Notes: generated from the sequence alone by a model not told the origin. Shown: positions 1-9,762, numbered from the stretch's first letter. The stretch is 64,000 nt of DNA from Anaerolineae bacterium (GCA_034432955.1 DAOUBB010000045.1:24302-88301); one strand, 5' to 3'. Made by a program: numbers and translations.

Positions 1-1104
1 CGCGCCAGAGGGTAAGCCTTCGAGCCGCGAACGGACGACGACGGCCGCGTGAGCCAGTCGCGGCTCATAGATGGCGGTCCAGGGCACATGCTGGTACGTG
101 CGAGCCAGGGCGGTCCACAGCCACTGCGGCAGCTTGCCGCTGAGGACCAGGCCGCGGTCCCTGGGCACCGGGGGCGTGGCTAGCTCTTCCAGCTCGCTGT
201 AGTCTACATAGTGATAAGGCAGGGTGAACTCCAGGCGCGTATGATCTCCCTCAACGAAGGCCACCGCCTGTAAAGGGGAGCGACGGGCGGGCGGGGCGAT
301 GGGGAGGGACGTCGTGACCACCCATCCCAGCCGTGGGTCGAATTGGTAGAAATCGTGCGGGTACGTGTGGCAGGCGATGGCGGCGTACAGCCAGGCAGGC
401 CCGCGCCCATACAGGGAGATCGGCGTGTCCGCAGGCAGATAGGCGAGCACCGCCGGAAGGTGGCCAGGCTGCCACGCTCTGGGATCCACTCGCAGGGTTT
501 CGGCCAGCCGGTTGAGCTCGACCACGATCTCCGTGAGGGCCTGCGACAGGTGGAGGCCACGCAGCTCCTCGGCCGTATAGGCGAAGAGGTTTTCCAGAAG
601 GTTGACGAGCGCATCAAAAGTGTCTCCCGGGCGATATCCCGATCGGTCGAGCCCGGAGATGGTGCCCCGGAGTATGGGATGTTCCGCTTCGATGTGATCT
701 TGCCCCTCGAGCGTGGAGCGGAGGTCCGCGATCACGATCAGGTTGTGGCGCTGGGCCAGGCTGGACCAGAAATCGTGGGTCTCGGCATCACGGCTGAGAA
801 GTATGGCGTGAGTGCAGTGATCGAAAATCTCCTCCTGAGACGGTTGGGGCAGGCCTCCCACGTCCACGAGCATGGGCACAAGGCGGCTCGCGAGGCTCTG
901 GCACATGGCATCCACCCATCTTTGCGTGAAGGGGCCTTTGATGCGAATGGCGCGCACCACCTCTGTATTGGCCTGATACGACCAGTCGCCTTCGCCGTCT
1001 GGTGCCGCGCGCAGCAGATAATGGTCTACCTCGCGGGCGCGCAACTCCTGCGATAGATGATACGCCAGGGTGGACTTGCCACTGTGAGGAGGTCCGCCGA
1101 TCAT
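1..1104 (-). CDS. P-loop NTPase, kinase-like (partial; C-terminus runs off the window start)
   Basis: Checked codon by codon: no reverse-strand stop from 1104 down to 1. ATG at 1104..1102 (alternative in-frame GTG at 1125, preceded by GGGAGGTGA). N-terminus MIGGPPHSGKSTLAYHL is a Walker A motif, followed about 25 aa later by APDGEGDW, a spacing typical of P-loop kinases (APS kinase, PNK, KTI12-like). Absent from the ORF track because it is edge-truncated. The listed + ORF 343..1056 is its antisense shadow. Confidence 0.6.
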   Translation of the reverse strand, partial: MIGGPPHSGKSTLAYHLSQELRAREVDHYLLRAAPDGEGDWSYQANTEVVRAIRIKGPFTQRWVDAMCQSLASRLVPMLVDVGGLPQPSQEEIFDHCTHAILLSRDAETHDFWSSLAQRHNLIVIADLRSTLEGQDHIEAEHPILRGTISGLDRSGYRPGDTFDALVNLLENLFAYTAEELRGLHLSQALTEIVVELNRLAETLRVDPRAWQPGHLPAVLAYLPADTPISLYGRGPAWLYAAIACHTYPHDFYQFDPRLGWVVTTSLPIAPPARRSPLQAVAFVEGDHTRLEFTLPYHYVDYSELEELATPPVPRDRGLVLSGKLPQWLWTALARTYQHVPWTAIYEPRLAHAAVVVRSRLEGLPSGA

Positions 1105-1344
1105 GACAGCGGGTAAGGTGTCCACGGGTCATCACCTCCCGATTTCGCCGTCCGCGGCCGTGACCGCGAACAGCAGGCTGAGCGTGGTTAGTTTTTCACC
1201 CTATCTTCCCAATATCACAAGATGAGTTTTGCCGCGTTGCGTCCTTTTACCAACACGCCTCTGCTGCTCTTCGCCTCTGCGGTGAGAAGGCTTTTGGCAG
1301 GGACTTCCCTTTTTACTCATGAAAGCACACGGGAGGCAGCGAAG

Positions 1345-2229
1345 ATGGCTGTTTCGGCAGTGGAAAGCGTGATGATCGCCACCATTGGCGGCCAGCCCCA
1401 GGTTTTGACTTTCGCCCTGGATGCCCTGCTGGCGCGCGGCGAAGTGGTGCGTGAGGTGATCGTTCTGCACCTGTCGGCGGACGATTCTCGCCTGCGGCGT
1501 TCGCTGGCGCTGTTGAGCGCCGAGTTTGCTGGCGATCGCTATGCCGGGCGTCCTTGTCGGTACCGGCTGGTGCCTATACGCGCGGATGGGCGTCGCCTGG
1601 AGGATATCCGTTCGGAGGTGGACGCGGACGCCGCCTGGCGAGCCGTTCATGAGCTGATTGCCGAGCTGAAGAGCATGAGCGAGCGGCCGCTGCACCTCTG
1701 CATCGCGGGGGGGCGTCGCCTGCTGGCGCTGGTAGCGTTGTCGGCCGCCATGCTGCACTTTGGGCATCAGGATCAGGTGTGGCATATTTACACGCCGCCA
1801 GAGTTTCTGGAGCGGGCGCGGGATGGCGCGATCATGCACGCCCGGCCAGAAGATGGGGTGCGCCTGATCCGGGTGCCGCTGGTGCCGTGGGGCGCTCAAT
1901 TTCCAGCCTTGCGGGAGCTGGCACAGATGCGTCCCGGGGGCCTCGGTAGAGTCGTTGTGAGCTCGGAAATGGAGCGACAGCGCTGTGAGGCTGTGTGGCG
2001 TGCATTGACCGAGCGCGAGCGCGAGGTGTTGCGCTGTTTCGCGGGCGGATTGACGCCGCAAGAGGTGGCGGAGGAGCTGGTGATCTCGTTGAGCACGGTG
2101 AACACCCATAAAACCCGGATTTTGGCGACATGCCGGCAGGTGTGGACGTTGGGCGAGCATGAAAGGTTGACTTATCATTTTCTCCGCGAGCATTTTCATC
2201 CATTCGTCCAGAGCTTATCGAAACTATAG
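1345..2229 (+). CDS. LuxR/GerE-family transcriptional regulator with N-terminal CARF-like Rossmann sensor domain
   Basis: GGGAGG sits 8 nt upstream of the ATG at 1345 (MAVSAV...). C-terminal TEREREVLRCFAGGLTPQEVAEELVISLSTVNTHKTRI is a LuxR-type HTH. The N-terminal beta1-loop VMIATIGGQPQVLTFALDAL, EVIVLHLSADDS and LHLCIAGGRRLLALVA match CARF-domain topology (compare Csm6 VSVHTLGTSPEA / VYVLHT / DLTSGTKAMSAGL). Confidence 0.65.
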   Translation: MAVSAVESVMIATIGGQPQVLTFALDALLARGEVVREVIVLHLSADDSRLRRSLALLSAEFAGDRYAGRPCRYRLVPIRADGRRLEDIRSEVDADAAWRAVHELIAELKSMSERPLHLCIAGGRRLLALVALSAAMLHFGHQDQVWHIYTPPEFLERARDGAIMHARPEDGVRLIRVPLVPWGAQFPALRELAQMRPGGLGRVVVSSEMERQRCEAVWRALTEREREVLRCFAGGLTPQEVAEELVISLSTVNTHKTRILATCRQVWTLGEHERLTYHFLREHFHPFVQSLSKL

Positions 2230-2388
2230 CAAGTTCGGGCGACGGACGCATCAGAGGAGTTGATGATTTTTTTACGATCCGTTTACACCAATGTGACAAC
2301 CCCTTTACGCCGTCCGCCGTCGGTGAGGGATACACTCGATCCGAGCTTGGCGATGGGTGGCCCATACGGGCCACGGGGAGGTCACAGG

Positions 2389-4107
2389 ATGGTGGATGGA
2401 CACTGGCGATCGGCGGGCGCTCCACAACCGGTGGTCGAGGCGTCTGAATCCCTCCAGGTAGCGCAGAACCTGTGTTGGCAGGCCGTGTCCGATTTTCAGG
2501 CCGGCCGCTATGAGGATGCGATCTCGCGCCTCCAGGAAGCGCTTGGCACCCATCCTGGCCTGCATGACGTGCACTTTCTGCTGGGGGCGTGTTATCAGAA
2601 GCTAGGCCGGCTGGAGGAAGCCGCGCGCGAAGCGGAGGTCGAGCTTCAGGCCCATCCGGATCACGTGCTGGCCTGGAGCCTGCTCGGGCAGGTCCGGCTC
2701 AGCCAGGGGCGCATCGCCGAAGCTTCCGCCGCGTTTCAGCGAGTGCAGCAGCTTGAACCGGAGAGCTGGGAAGCTCAATTCCACCTGGACTCTGCTTCCG
2801 AAGCGTCCTTTTCCACGATCCCCCCCGCGCAGTGGCCCTCGGTTTCGGTTTGCATGATCGTGCGCGACGAGGAGACGACGTTGCCCCGTTGTTTGAACTC
2901 TCTGGGCGATCTGGCGAGCCAGCTCGTGGTGGTAGATACCGGCTCTCAAGATCGGACGGTGGAGATCGCTCGCTCCTTTGGCGCTGAGGTCTACTGCTTC
3001 CAATGGGTGGATGATTTCTCGGCGGCTCGCAATGAGTCGCTGCGCTACGCCCGCGGCGAGTGGATCTTCTGGTTGGACGCGGACGATGAGTTGAGCCCGG
3101 AGGCGGTGGCGCAGATCAAGAATGCGATCGCGTCGGGGCAGGCCGACGCGTACGTCTGCCATGTTGCCAGCCGACTGCCGAACGGGACGGAAGACATCGT
3201 CCCGCACACACGGCTGTTCCGGAATGGGCTGGGCATTCGCTTCCACGGTCGCGTTCACGAGTCGGTCTGGGCGGATGTCATCGCCAAGGGGCTCAAGGCG
3301 CTGGATACGGACATCGTGATCGTCCATCACGGGTACGAGGCTGACTGGGCCGTTTTGCGCAGCAAGCACGAGCGGAATCTGGCGTATGTGGAGAAGGAGC
3401 TCGAACGCTATCCGGACAACCCGGGGCTGCTGTGCTATTTCGGCATGGCCAAGATGGGGTTGGGGGATGTCGCTGCGGGCGAAGCGGCCCTGCGTCGGGT
3501 GATCGAGTTGCCGCCCACGGATGTGCGGTTTGACTCGTTCCGGTTTTGGGCTTGGGCCTCCCTGATCCGCCTGTACCTCGCGCGCGGGGAGGATGAGACA
3601 GCCCGGCAGATGGTGAACCGGGCATTGGGGGAATTTCCCGGGCATCCGTATTTTTTGGCGCTGAAGGGGGACATGGCGTTTCGGTCCGGTGAGCTGTCTG
3701 AGGCGTGGTCGCTGTGGCGTGCGGCCTATGAGCGGGATCATGCGCTGGTGTGGGGATATCGTCCGGACCGAAAGTCGCTGGCGTTGGGGATTGCGGCGGG
3801 CTGTGCGATGACAGGAGACAGGATCGAGGAGACGCGGTGGTTTGAGCGGGCGGGACGAGTGGGTGAAGAGGAAGTGAAAGTCTATTTGCAGTTTGTGCCG
3901 CGGCTGATTCGACAGGGGAGGCTGGTGGAGACCCAGAGGGTGCTGGAGGCGGCCCGAGCGCATTGGCCGCGCCACCCGATGGTGTGGAAGGGGCTGGCGC
4001 TGGTGTACGAATATCATGGGCAGGCCAGCGCTGCCCGCGAGGCGTGGATGCGTGCGGCGGAGTGTAGCTTGTCCGGGGAAGAGGTTGCGCCTCACGTGGC
4101 CGCCTGA
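2389..4107 (+). CDS. TPR-repeat protein fused to family 2 glycosyltransferase
   Basis: GGGGAGG sits 7 nt before the ATG at 2389 (MVDGHW...). N-terminal TPR-like repeats. GT2 core VSVCMIVRDEETTLPRCLNSL ... VVDTGSQDRT ... WLDADDEL. C-terminal TPR. Confidence 0.75.
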   Translation: MVDGHWRSAGAPQPVVEASESLQVAQNLCWQAVSDFQAGRYEDAISRLQEALGTHPGLHDVHFLLGACYQKLGRLEEAAREAEVELQAHPDHVLAWSLLGQVRLSQGRIAEASAAFQRVQQLEPESWEAQFHLDSASEASFSTIPPAQWPSVSVCMIVRDEETTLPRCLNSLGDLASQLVVVDTGSQDRTVEIARSFGAEVYCFQWVDDFSAARNESLRYARGEWIFWLDADDELSPEAVAQIKNAIASGQADAYVCHVASRLPNGTEDIVPHTRLFRNGLGIRFHGRVHESVWADVIAKGLKALDTDIVIVHHGYEADWAVLRSKHERNLAYVEKELERYPDNPGLLCYFGMAKMGLGDVAAGEAALRRVIELPPTDVRFDSFRFWAWASLIRLYLARGEDETARQMVNRALGEFPGHPYFLALKGDMAFRSGELSEAWSLWRAAYERDHALVWGYRPDRKSLALGIAAGCAMTGDRIEETRWFERAGRVGEEEVKVYLQFVPRLIRQGRLVETQRVLEAARAHWPRHPMVWKGLALVYEYHGQASAAREAWMRAAECSLSGEEVAPHVAA

Positions 4108-4113
4108 GCCAGT

Positions 4114-7100
4114 GTGGAAGCGCTTTCATGGAGGAGATGCATGGATGAGTGGGAGACGATAAAGGCCCATTATCAGCGTGTGATTCAAGCGGCCTACGCG
4201 CAGCCCGTGTATTCTCATCATACTCGAGCCGCGTTCGAGGCCTGTGAGCATCTGCTTTCGGATCTCGATCTTCGAAACGCGGTGGAATTAGGCTGCGGGA
4301 CAGCCCCGGTTCTGGATTGGCTTGCTCGGCGAAAGGTGCAAACGCTCGGCATTACTCTCGGTAAGGAACCGCTGGCGCATGAATTTCTTCAGCGGGACTT
4401 TCATTTTACCGGGCTACCCGATGCAAGCTTCGACCTTGTAGTGATGCGTCATGCCCTGGAACATTCTCCTATGCCTCTTCTGGCTTTGTTAGAAGTAGCG
4501 CGAATATCTCGCCGATGGGCCCTGATCATCGTCCCATGTGACCATCCATACTGGATTAACTATCCGAATCACTATAGCGTGTTCTCTGATGCTGGGTGGC
4601 GTCGGTTATTTGCTGAGGCCGGGTTTCAGGTTGTCAGATTTGAACGTGGCTCTTTCGCAGAAGGCGCTCCATCTGACATCGACATTGAATGGCGTTACCT
4701 TCTGGAAAAGACTGCCTCTGTGGTTCATGACGATAAGACCCCACTACTAAGCGAAGCCGTAAGACGATGGACGCAAACGCAGGCAAGAGCCCCTCAAGTC
4801 TCTGTGATTACTCCGACCCGAGACCGAGCCCATTTGCTGAACAGATATCTCGAGGCTCTTAGTCGACAGACGGTGGTACCAGGAACCTTCGAAATTATTG
4901 TGATTGATGATGGTTCTACCGATAACACCCCCCAAGTCCTTCAGTCCTGGGAACATTGCTTCGGGCCATTCTTAAAGGTCATCAGGCAAGATAGCAGAGG
5001 CCCCGCTGCAGCGAGGAACGCGGGTATCAATGCGAGTCGGGGGAAGTTGATCATTTTCCTGGACGATGACGTGATCGCCCGGGAATCCCTCGTGGAAGCT
5101 CATCTGAAAGCGCACGAAGAATTTCCTGGCACAGAGGTGGCGTTTCTCGGCCAACTGGTTTGGCCAGATGAGTATCTCCAGGTTGAGCCATTCATGGAAT
5201 ACCAGTCAGCGGCTGGTACGATCATGTTTGACTACCCCAAGTTCCATGATCGCCAGCTTTTGCCATTTCGACACTTCATTACGGCCAACCTCTCCATCAA
5301 GAAGGATTTTCTCGGTGACGAACGCTTTGATGAGCATTTCCCGTATGCCATGATGGAGGATACCGAGCTCGGGTACCGACTTTCCCAGCGTGGCCTTCAA
5401 CTGCGTTACTGCCGTGACGCTGTAGGGTTACATGATTGTCGGCGTACATATTGGACCTTTAGAAACCGTCAGGAGCAATACGGCTTTTCCTTAGGATACT
5501 TAGAGAGTAGATGGGGGGATTTGGCACAGGAGTTAGGCGCTGCAAGCCTTCTCCAGCTCTGGTCAGAGAGCGGTGCCTTACTTCCCTCAATTGAGAACGC
5601 CATTGCTGAGTTGGAAAAGGTCTCGGTCAGAGGGCTAGACGCAAGATTACAGGTCAATGGGCATTCGCTGCAGCAACTCATCTTCCGTTTAAGGGCTCTC
5701 CTCTACGCGACCGCGCTGAATCTTCATATTGCCCGAGGTTACAAGAGGTGGCAGGAAAATCGGCGTTCTGGGAATGGGAATGGATTAAGAGGGAGAGCGT
5801 TTGCGCTCCCCTCCGGCGAGGCACAGTCAGGTGCTATCGAAAAAACCCAGAGTGAGCTCACACCTCTACTCGTTCCGGAAGCCGAGGACCTCATGCGCTT
5901 ACGGCAGCTCCGAGTAGCGCTCATTTACGACAACACGGTCCGGCCAGATACAACCGGAGAATACTGCCGAAGGGCGCTGGAAAGAGCCTGCATGGTAAAG
6001 CACATCCTACCGCAATATCTTAACGCCGTCCGGCCAGAAGACTTCGACCTGTTCTTCCATGTTGATGATGGGCTTAACTACCTCCTTCCACCCCACCTCA
6101 AACCGTCTATCTGGTGGGTTATAGATACCCATCTCCAGTACGAATGGGATGTCCTGAAGGCGCGCCAGTTCGATGCCGTATTTGCAGCGCAGCGTGATGG
6201 CACCGCGCGGTTGCGCTCGGACGGAGTACCAGCCATATGGTTACCGCTTGCGGCCGATCCTCAGGTACACCATCCCGTGGAGCTGCCCGAGAAGTTTGAC
6301 TGGTGCTTCGTGGGTAACCTGACAGAGCATGGGAATCCAATAGGGTTAGAGCGAGCTGCGCTTATTGAGCTGCTCAAGAAGACGTTCCCCAACTATTATG
6401 TGGGCAGGGCCTACGGCGATGATATGTGCCGCGTGTATTCAGCATCGCGAGTGGTCTTTAATCGGAGTGTTCGCAACGATGTGAACATGCGAGTCTTTGA
6501 GGCACTGGCTTGTGGACGGCCACTCCTTACCAATGCGATTGACCAGAACGGCCTGCCAGACCTGCTGATTGAGAACAAAAACTATGTCGCTTATCGTACA
6601 GCCGATGATCTGATAGAAAAGTTGCGGATGCTTTTGTCAGATGACGGATACCGTGTCAATTTGGGCCGATCGGGACGCGAGGCAGTCCTGGCTAAGCATA
6701 CCTATTTCCACCGGATGATGGCGGCCCTGAGCTGGCTGCTCAAGGAGGAAATCGTAAAGCCCAAAGGCAGCTCTTTCTTGGCCATCAAACCTACAGTCAG
6801 CCGCGCCTTTGCCGCATCTTTAAGCCCTCTTGTGAGCATCGTTATCCTTACTCACAACGAACTGAGCTCCACCAAGCAGTGTCTGGCGAGCATCGAAGCG
6901 CACACGTCCCAACCTTATGAGCTCCTCCTCGTGGATAACGGCTCGACCGACGGCACCCTGGATTTCCTGCGCGCCTATGCCGCGACCCGTGATCACGTGC
7001 GCGTCATCACCAACGCAGACAACCGCGGCTTCTCCGCCGGCAATAACCAGGGCCTCTCGCTAGCCAAAGGCGACTACGTGCTCTTGCTCAACAACGATAC

Positions 7101-8325
7101 CATCGTGACCGAAGGCTGGCTGGAACGCATGCTGGCCATCTTCCAGCGATATCCGCAGACCGGCATCGTTGGACCCATGTCCAACTATGTGTCCGGCCCT
7201 CAACTCGTGCCGAACGTCTCCTATAAAACGTTAACCGAGATGGAATCGTTTGCGGCGCAATGGGCAGCCGAGCATGCCGGGCAAAGCACGCAGGTCGCTC
7301 GCGTCGTGGGCTTCTGTCTGTTGGCGCGCCGGGAAGTGATCGAGCGCATCGGCGGGCTGGATGAGCAATTCGGCACAGGTAACTTTGAAGACGACGACTT
7401 CTGTATCCGCGCAGCTTTAGCTGGTTATGAGGTTCGGATTGCCCAAGACGTCTTCATCCACCATACTGGCAGTCAGACCTTCAGGAGCGCCGGGATTGAC
7501 TATCGCCAGAGCATGCAGCGCAACTGGGAGCTGTTCAAAGCTAAGTGGGGAATTCCGGCGGATACTCCTTTAGAGCAAGGGTATCGTGTGCCAAAGGAGT
7601 TGCCAGATCCGTCACGACTCTACGTGCCACTGCCCGATGTCAGCGCCGATCATCAGCTTGATACCAGTGGCCGCTGGTGGGAAGACGTGCGCCTGAGCGA
7701 ACTGCAGGCCACTCAAGAGGCTGTGCATCAGATCCTGGCCCCCGGCCAGGCCGCGCTGGAACGCGGCGACCTCGAAGCGGCTGCGCGCGAGTTCGCTCAG
7801 GTGACCCAACGCTACCCCGACCTGGCCGCCGGCCATACCGCCCTGGGCTCCACCCTCATGGCCCTGGGCCGACCACAGGAGGCGATCCCCGCGCTACGCC
7901 GCGCGGCGGAACTGGTGCCCCAGGCCGCGTCGCTGCAAAACCAGCTCGGCGTCGCGCTCTACCAGACAGGCGACCTGGTCGGAGCAGAGGCGGCCTTCCA
8001 GGCGGCCCGCCAGCTCGCCCCCAACGATGTGCCGGCCGCGCTCAACCTGATTGACCTGTATCGAACGATGGGAGATTATGCCCAAGCGACCGCCGTAGTC
8101 AAGGACGCGCTGCGCCAGCACCCCGATCACTCGGATGTGCTGGCCGCGTTTGGAACCCTGTGTGCCGAGCTGGGGGATGGCGAGGGGGTGGAGATGGCGC
8201 TCCGGCACATCCAGGCTCGCGATCCCCACCACCCGGCCATCGCGTCGCTGCAACAGGTGCTGTTAGCCTCAGACGAGAGCGGAGAAGCCGTAGAGACCCT
8301 CCCGGATACGGAAGAACCCGCTTGA
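4114..8325 (+). CDS. Multidomain glycosylation enzyme (class I SAM methyltransferase - GT2 - GT1-like - GT2 - TPR), 1403 aa
   Basis: Single long ORF. MTase motif LGCGTAPVLDWL. First GT2 VSVITPTRDRAHLL...IIVIDDGSTDNT. GT1-like EALACGRPLLTN. Second GT2 VSIVILTHNELSS...LLLVDNGSTDGT with DxD-containing FEDDDF. C-terminal TPR repeats. GC is visibly lower over 4114..~6800 than over the rest. Confidence 0.75.
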   Translation: MEALSWRRCMDEWETIKAHYQRVIQAAYAQPVYSHHTRAAFEACEHLLSDLDLRNAVELGCGTAPVLDWLARRKVQTLGITLGKEPLAHEFLQRDFHFTGLPDASFDLVVMRHALEHSPMPLLALLEVARISRRWALIIVPCDHPYWINYPNHYSVFSDAGWRRLFAEAGFQVVRFERGSFAEGAPSDIDIEWRYLLEKTASVVHDDKTPLLSEAVRRWTQTQARAPQVSVITPTRDRAHLLNRYLEALSRQTVVPGTFEIIVIDDGSTDNTPQVLQSWEHCFGPFLKVIRQDSRGPAAARNAGINASRGKLIIFLDDDVIARESLVEAHLKAHEEFPGTEVAFLGQLVWPDEYLQVEPFMEYQSAAGTIMFDYPKFHDRQLLPFRHFITANLSIKKDFLGDERFDEHFPYAMMEDTELGYRLSQRGLQLRYCRDAVGLHDCRRTYWTFRNRQEQYGFSLGYLESRWGDLAQELGAASLLQLWSESGALLPSIENAIAELEKVSVRGLDARLQVNGHSLQQLIFRLRALLYATALNLHIARGYKRWQENRRSGNGNGLRGRAFALPSGEAQSGAIEKTQSELTPLLVPEAEDLMRLRQLRVALIYDNTVRPDTTGEYCRRALERACMVKHILPQYLNAVRPEDFDLFFHVDDGLNYLLPPHLKPSIWWVIDTHLQYEWDVLKARQFDAVFAAQRDGTARLRSDGVPAIWLPLAADPQVHHPVELPEKFDWCFVGNLTEHGNPIGLERAALIELLKKTFPNYYVGRAYGDDMCRVYSASRVVFNRSVRNDVNMRVFEALACGRPLLTNAIDQNGLPDLLIENKNYVAYRTADDLIEKLRMLLSDDGYRVNLGRSGREAVLAKHTYFHRMMAALSWLLKEEIVKPKGSSFLAIKPTVSRAFAASLSPLVSIVILTHNELSSTKQCLASIEAHTSQPYELLLVDNGSTDGTLDFLRAYAATRDHVRVITNADNRGFSAGNNQGLSLAKGDYVLLLNNDTIVTEGWLERMLAIFQRYPQTGIVGPMSNYVSGPQLVPNVSYKTLTEMESFAAQWAAEHAGQSTQVARVVGFCLLARREVIERIGGLDEQFGTGNFEDDDFCIRAALAGYEVRIAQDVFIHHTGSQTFRSAGIDYRQSMQRNWELFKAKWGIPADTPLEQGYRVPKELPDPSRLYVPLPDVSADHQLDTSGRWWEDVRLSELQATQEAVHQILAPGQAALERGDLEAAAREFAQVTQRYPDLAAGHTALGSTLMALGRPQEAIPALRRAAELVPQAASLQNQLGVALYQTGDLVGAEAAFQAARQLAPNDVPAALNLIDLYRTMGDYAQATAVVKDALRQHPDHSDVLAAFGTLCAELGDGEGVEMALRHIQARDPHHPAIASLQQVLLASDESGEAVETLPDTEEPA

Positions 8326-8398
8326 GCGATCCGACCCTTTCGATGCGCGGGTGGTTTCCCTGTTGAGCGTTGCTACGCCACCCGTCGTGTTTTTTGGT

Positions 8399-8433
8399 CA
8401 GGTGCCCGGCACCTCAAAGGTGCCGGGCACCTG
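8399..8433. repeat. 35-bp perfect palindromic element CAGGTGCCCGGCACCTCAAAGGTGCCGGGCACCTG (copy 1)
   Basis: Exact hairpin with 16-bp arms and a 3-nt loop. Identical copies at 8614 and 20234. Lies between convergent genes. Confidence 0.85.
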
Positions 8434-8613
8434 ACATCCCGCAGCAGGTTGGGAACCCGTCGCGCGCCGGCCTGGGTGGTGCGCCGACGGCGGCGGCGCC
8501 TGGGCACCAAAAGATCATGCTCCCGCAGCAGGTGGAAGAGGCGATCTCGGCCGATGGAGAGCCCTTTTTTTCGCCATCTCCATGCCATACGCCTCCTGGT
8601 ATTGCAGCAACAC

Positions 8614-8648
8614 CAGGTGCCCGGCACCTCAAAGGTGCCGGGCACCTG
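8614..8648. repeat. 35-bp perfect palindromic element (copy 2)
   Basis: Identical to copy 1. Ends 3 nt before the PhyH-family gene stop (8651). Confidence 0.85.
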
Positions 8649-8650
8649 GT

Positions 8651-9662
8651 TTAGCCCCCGGGGAACTCGCCGCGCGCGGTGACGACGACCATCTCCCCAT
8701 CCATGCTCATCATGCGTCGAGGGGTGACAGACACGCTCTCCGACGGTGGAGGTTCCAGCGCGGCGCATGGAGTGCCAAAGGCCGGCCTGGCGAAGGGCAG
8801 GTGCGTCCGCCCGCGTGCCAGGATGTGCAAATAGTTGGCTGAGTCGCCCTCCCAGGGCTGCCCGTGGTTCCAGGGGACCCATGACCGGGCGTTGCAATAG
8901 TGGCAGACGAACGACCGGCGGAAGCGCGTTTTTGAACGATTGGGCGTGGAACGGTGAAGGATATGCCCCTGGAAGAAGACCACGTCGCCGGGCTCGGCGA
9001 TGATGGGAATCGGGGCAGGATACTTGCGCACGACGCGGGCGAGCGTGTTGATGCGGTCATCCTGGTGGCTTACGTTCTCGACCGGCTCCAGGTCCTCGAA
9101 GGCGCCATCGGCGTGGATCAGGCCGTGCGTGGGCTCTACCGGCGGGTAGATCGGCTCCCAGTTGGAGCCGGGGATCATACGCAGGCAGCCGGTCTCCTCA
9201 TCGGCCGTATCCAGCGCGATCCAGGCGCCGATGAGGGTGTCGGGATAGGTCGTGATGTAGTAGGCGTCCTGGTGCCAGCCCTGTCCGCCACGCCCCGGCG
9301 GGTTCAGGAACAACATCGTCTGCAAAGCCAGCACGTCAGGGCCGATCAGAGCCTCCAGCACGTCGAGGACGCGCGGGTGCAGCATGTATCGCTCGGCGAC
9401 CTCGTGGACTCGATGAAGCATATGAATGCGGGAGAAGCGGCCGAACAGCTCTTCCTCCATGGCGTGGGGGGGCGGGGGTGGCACACCTGGCAGCTCGATG
9501 CGCCCGTACAGGATGTCCATCGCGAATTGACGCAGCTCCTCTACCTCGGCCTGGGAGACCAGGCCGCGCACGAGGATGTAGCCATCGCGCTGGTAGGCGA
9601 TGTACTGATCCACGGTGACGCGATAGCGATCGGGGCGATCCTGAGCCACTGGGTGATACATG
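8651..9662 (-). CDS. Phytanoyl-CoA dioxygenase (PhyH) family Fe(II)/2OG oxygenase
   Basis: AGGAGG sits 9 nt upstream of the ATG at 9662 (MYHPVAQDRPDRYRV...). PhyH-like HxD...H signature region (WHQDAYY...GDVVFFQGHILHRS). The longer ORF start at 9781 lacks an RBS. Confidence 0.75.
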
Positions 9663-9762
9663 GAAGGGAACCTCCTGACCTGGAAGTATCTTTTACGGGG
9701 GAGGAACGCACTCGATCTCGACCAGCACGGCACAGATGCTGACGCGGATACCCGGACCCTTG

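Noticed and set aside
343-1056. 237-aa plus-strand ORF (and 204..617 / 788..1135 minus-strand ORFs) at the window start
   Set aside because: No motifs. They lie antisense to or out of frame with the P-loop NTPase frame, which is open all the way to the window edge and begins with a Walker A motif after an RBS. They are high-GC shadow ORFs.
2602-4095. Long antisense ORFs inside real genes, typical of GC-rich DNA. Examples: 2602..4095 (-) 497 aa, 10121..11230 (-), 12145..13641 (-) 498 aa, 18622..19668 (+), 24498..26051 (+) 517 aa, 31123..32139 (+), 33840..35093 (+), 40170..40919 (-), 44668..45861 (-), 55774..56499 (-), 60759..61478 (+)
   Set aside because: Each lies opposite a gene with strong family motifs. 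Their translations are Arg/Pro/Gly-rich low-complexity sequence without motifs. This is the expected GC-rich codon-bias artefact.
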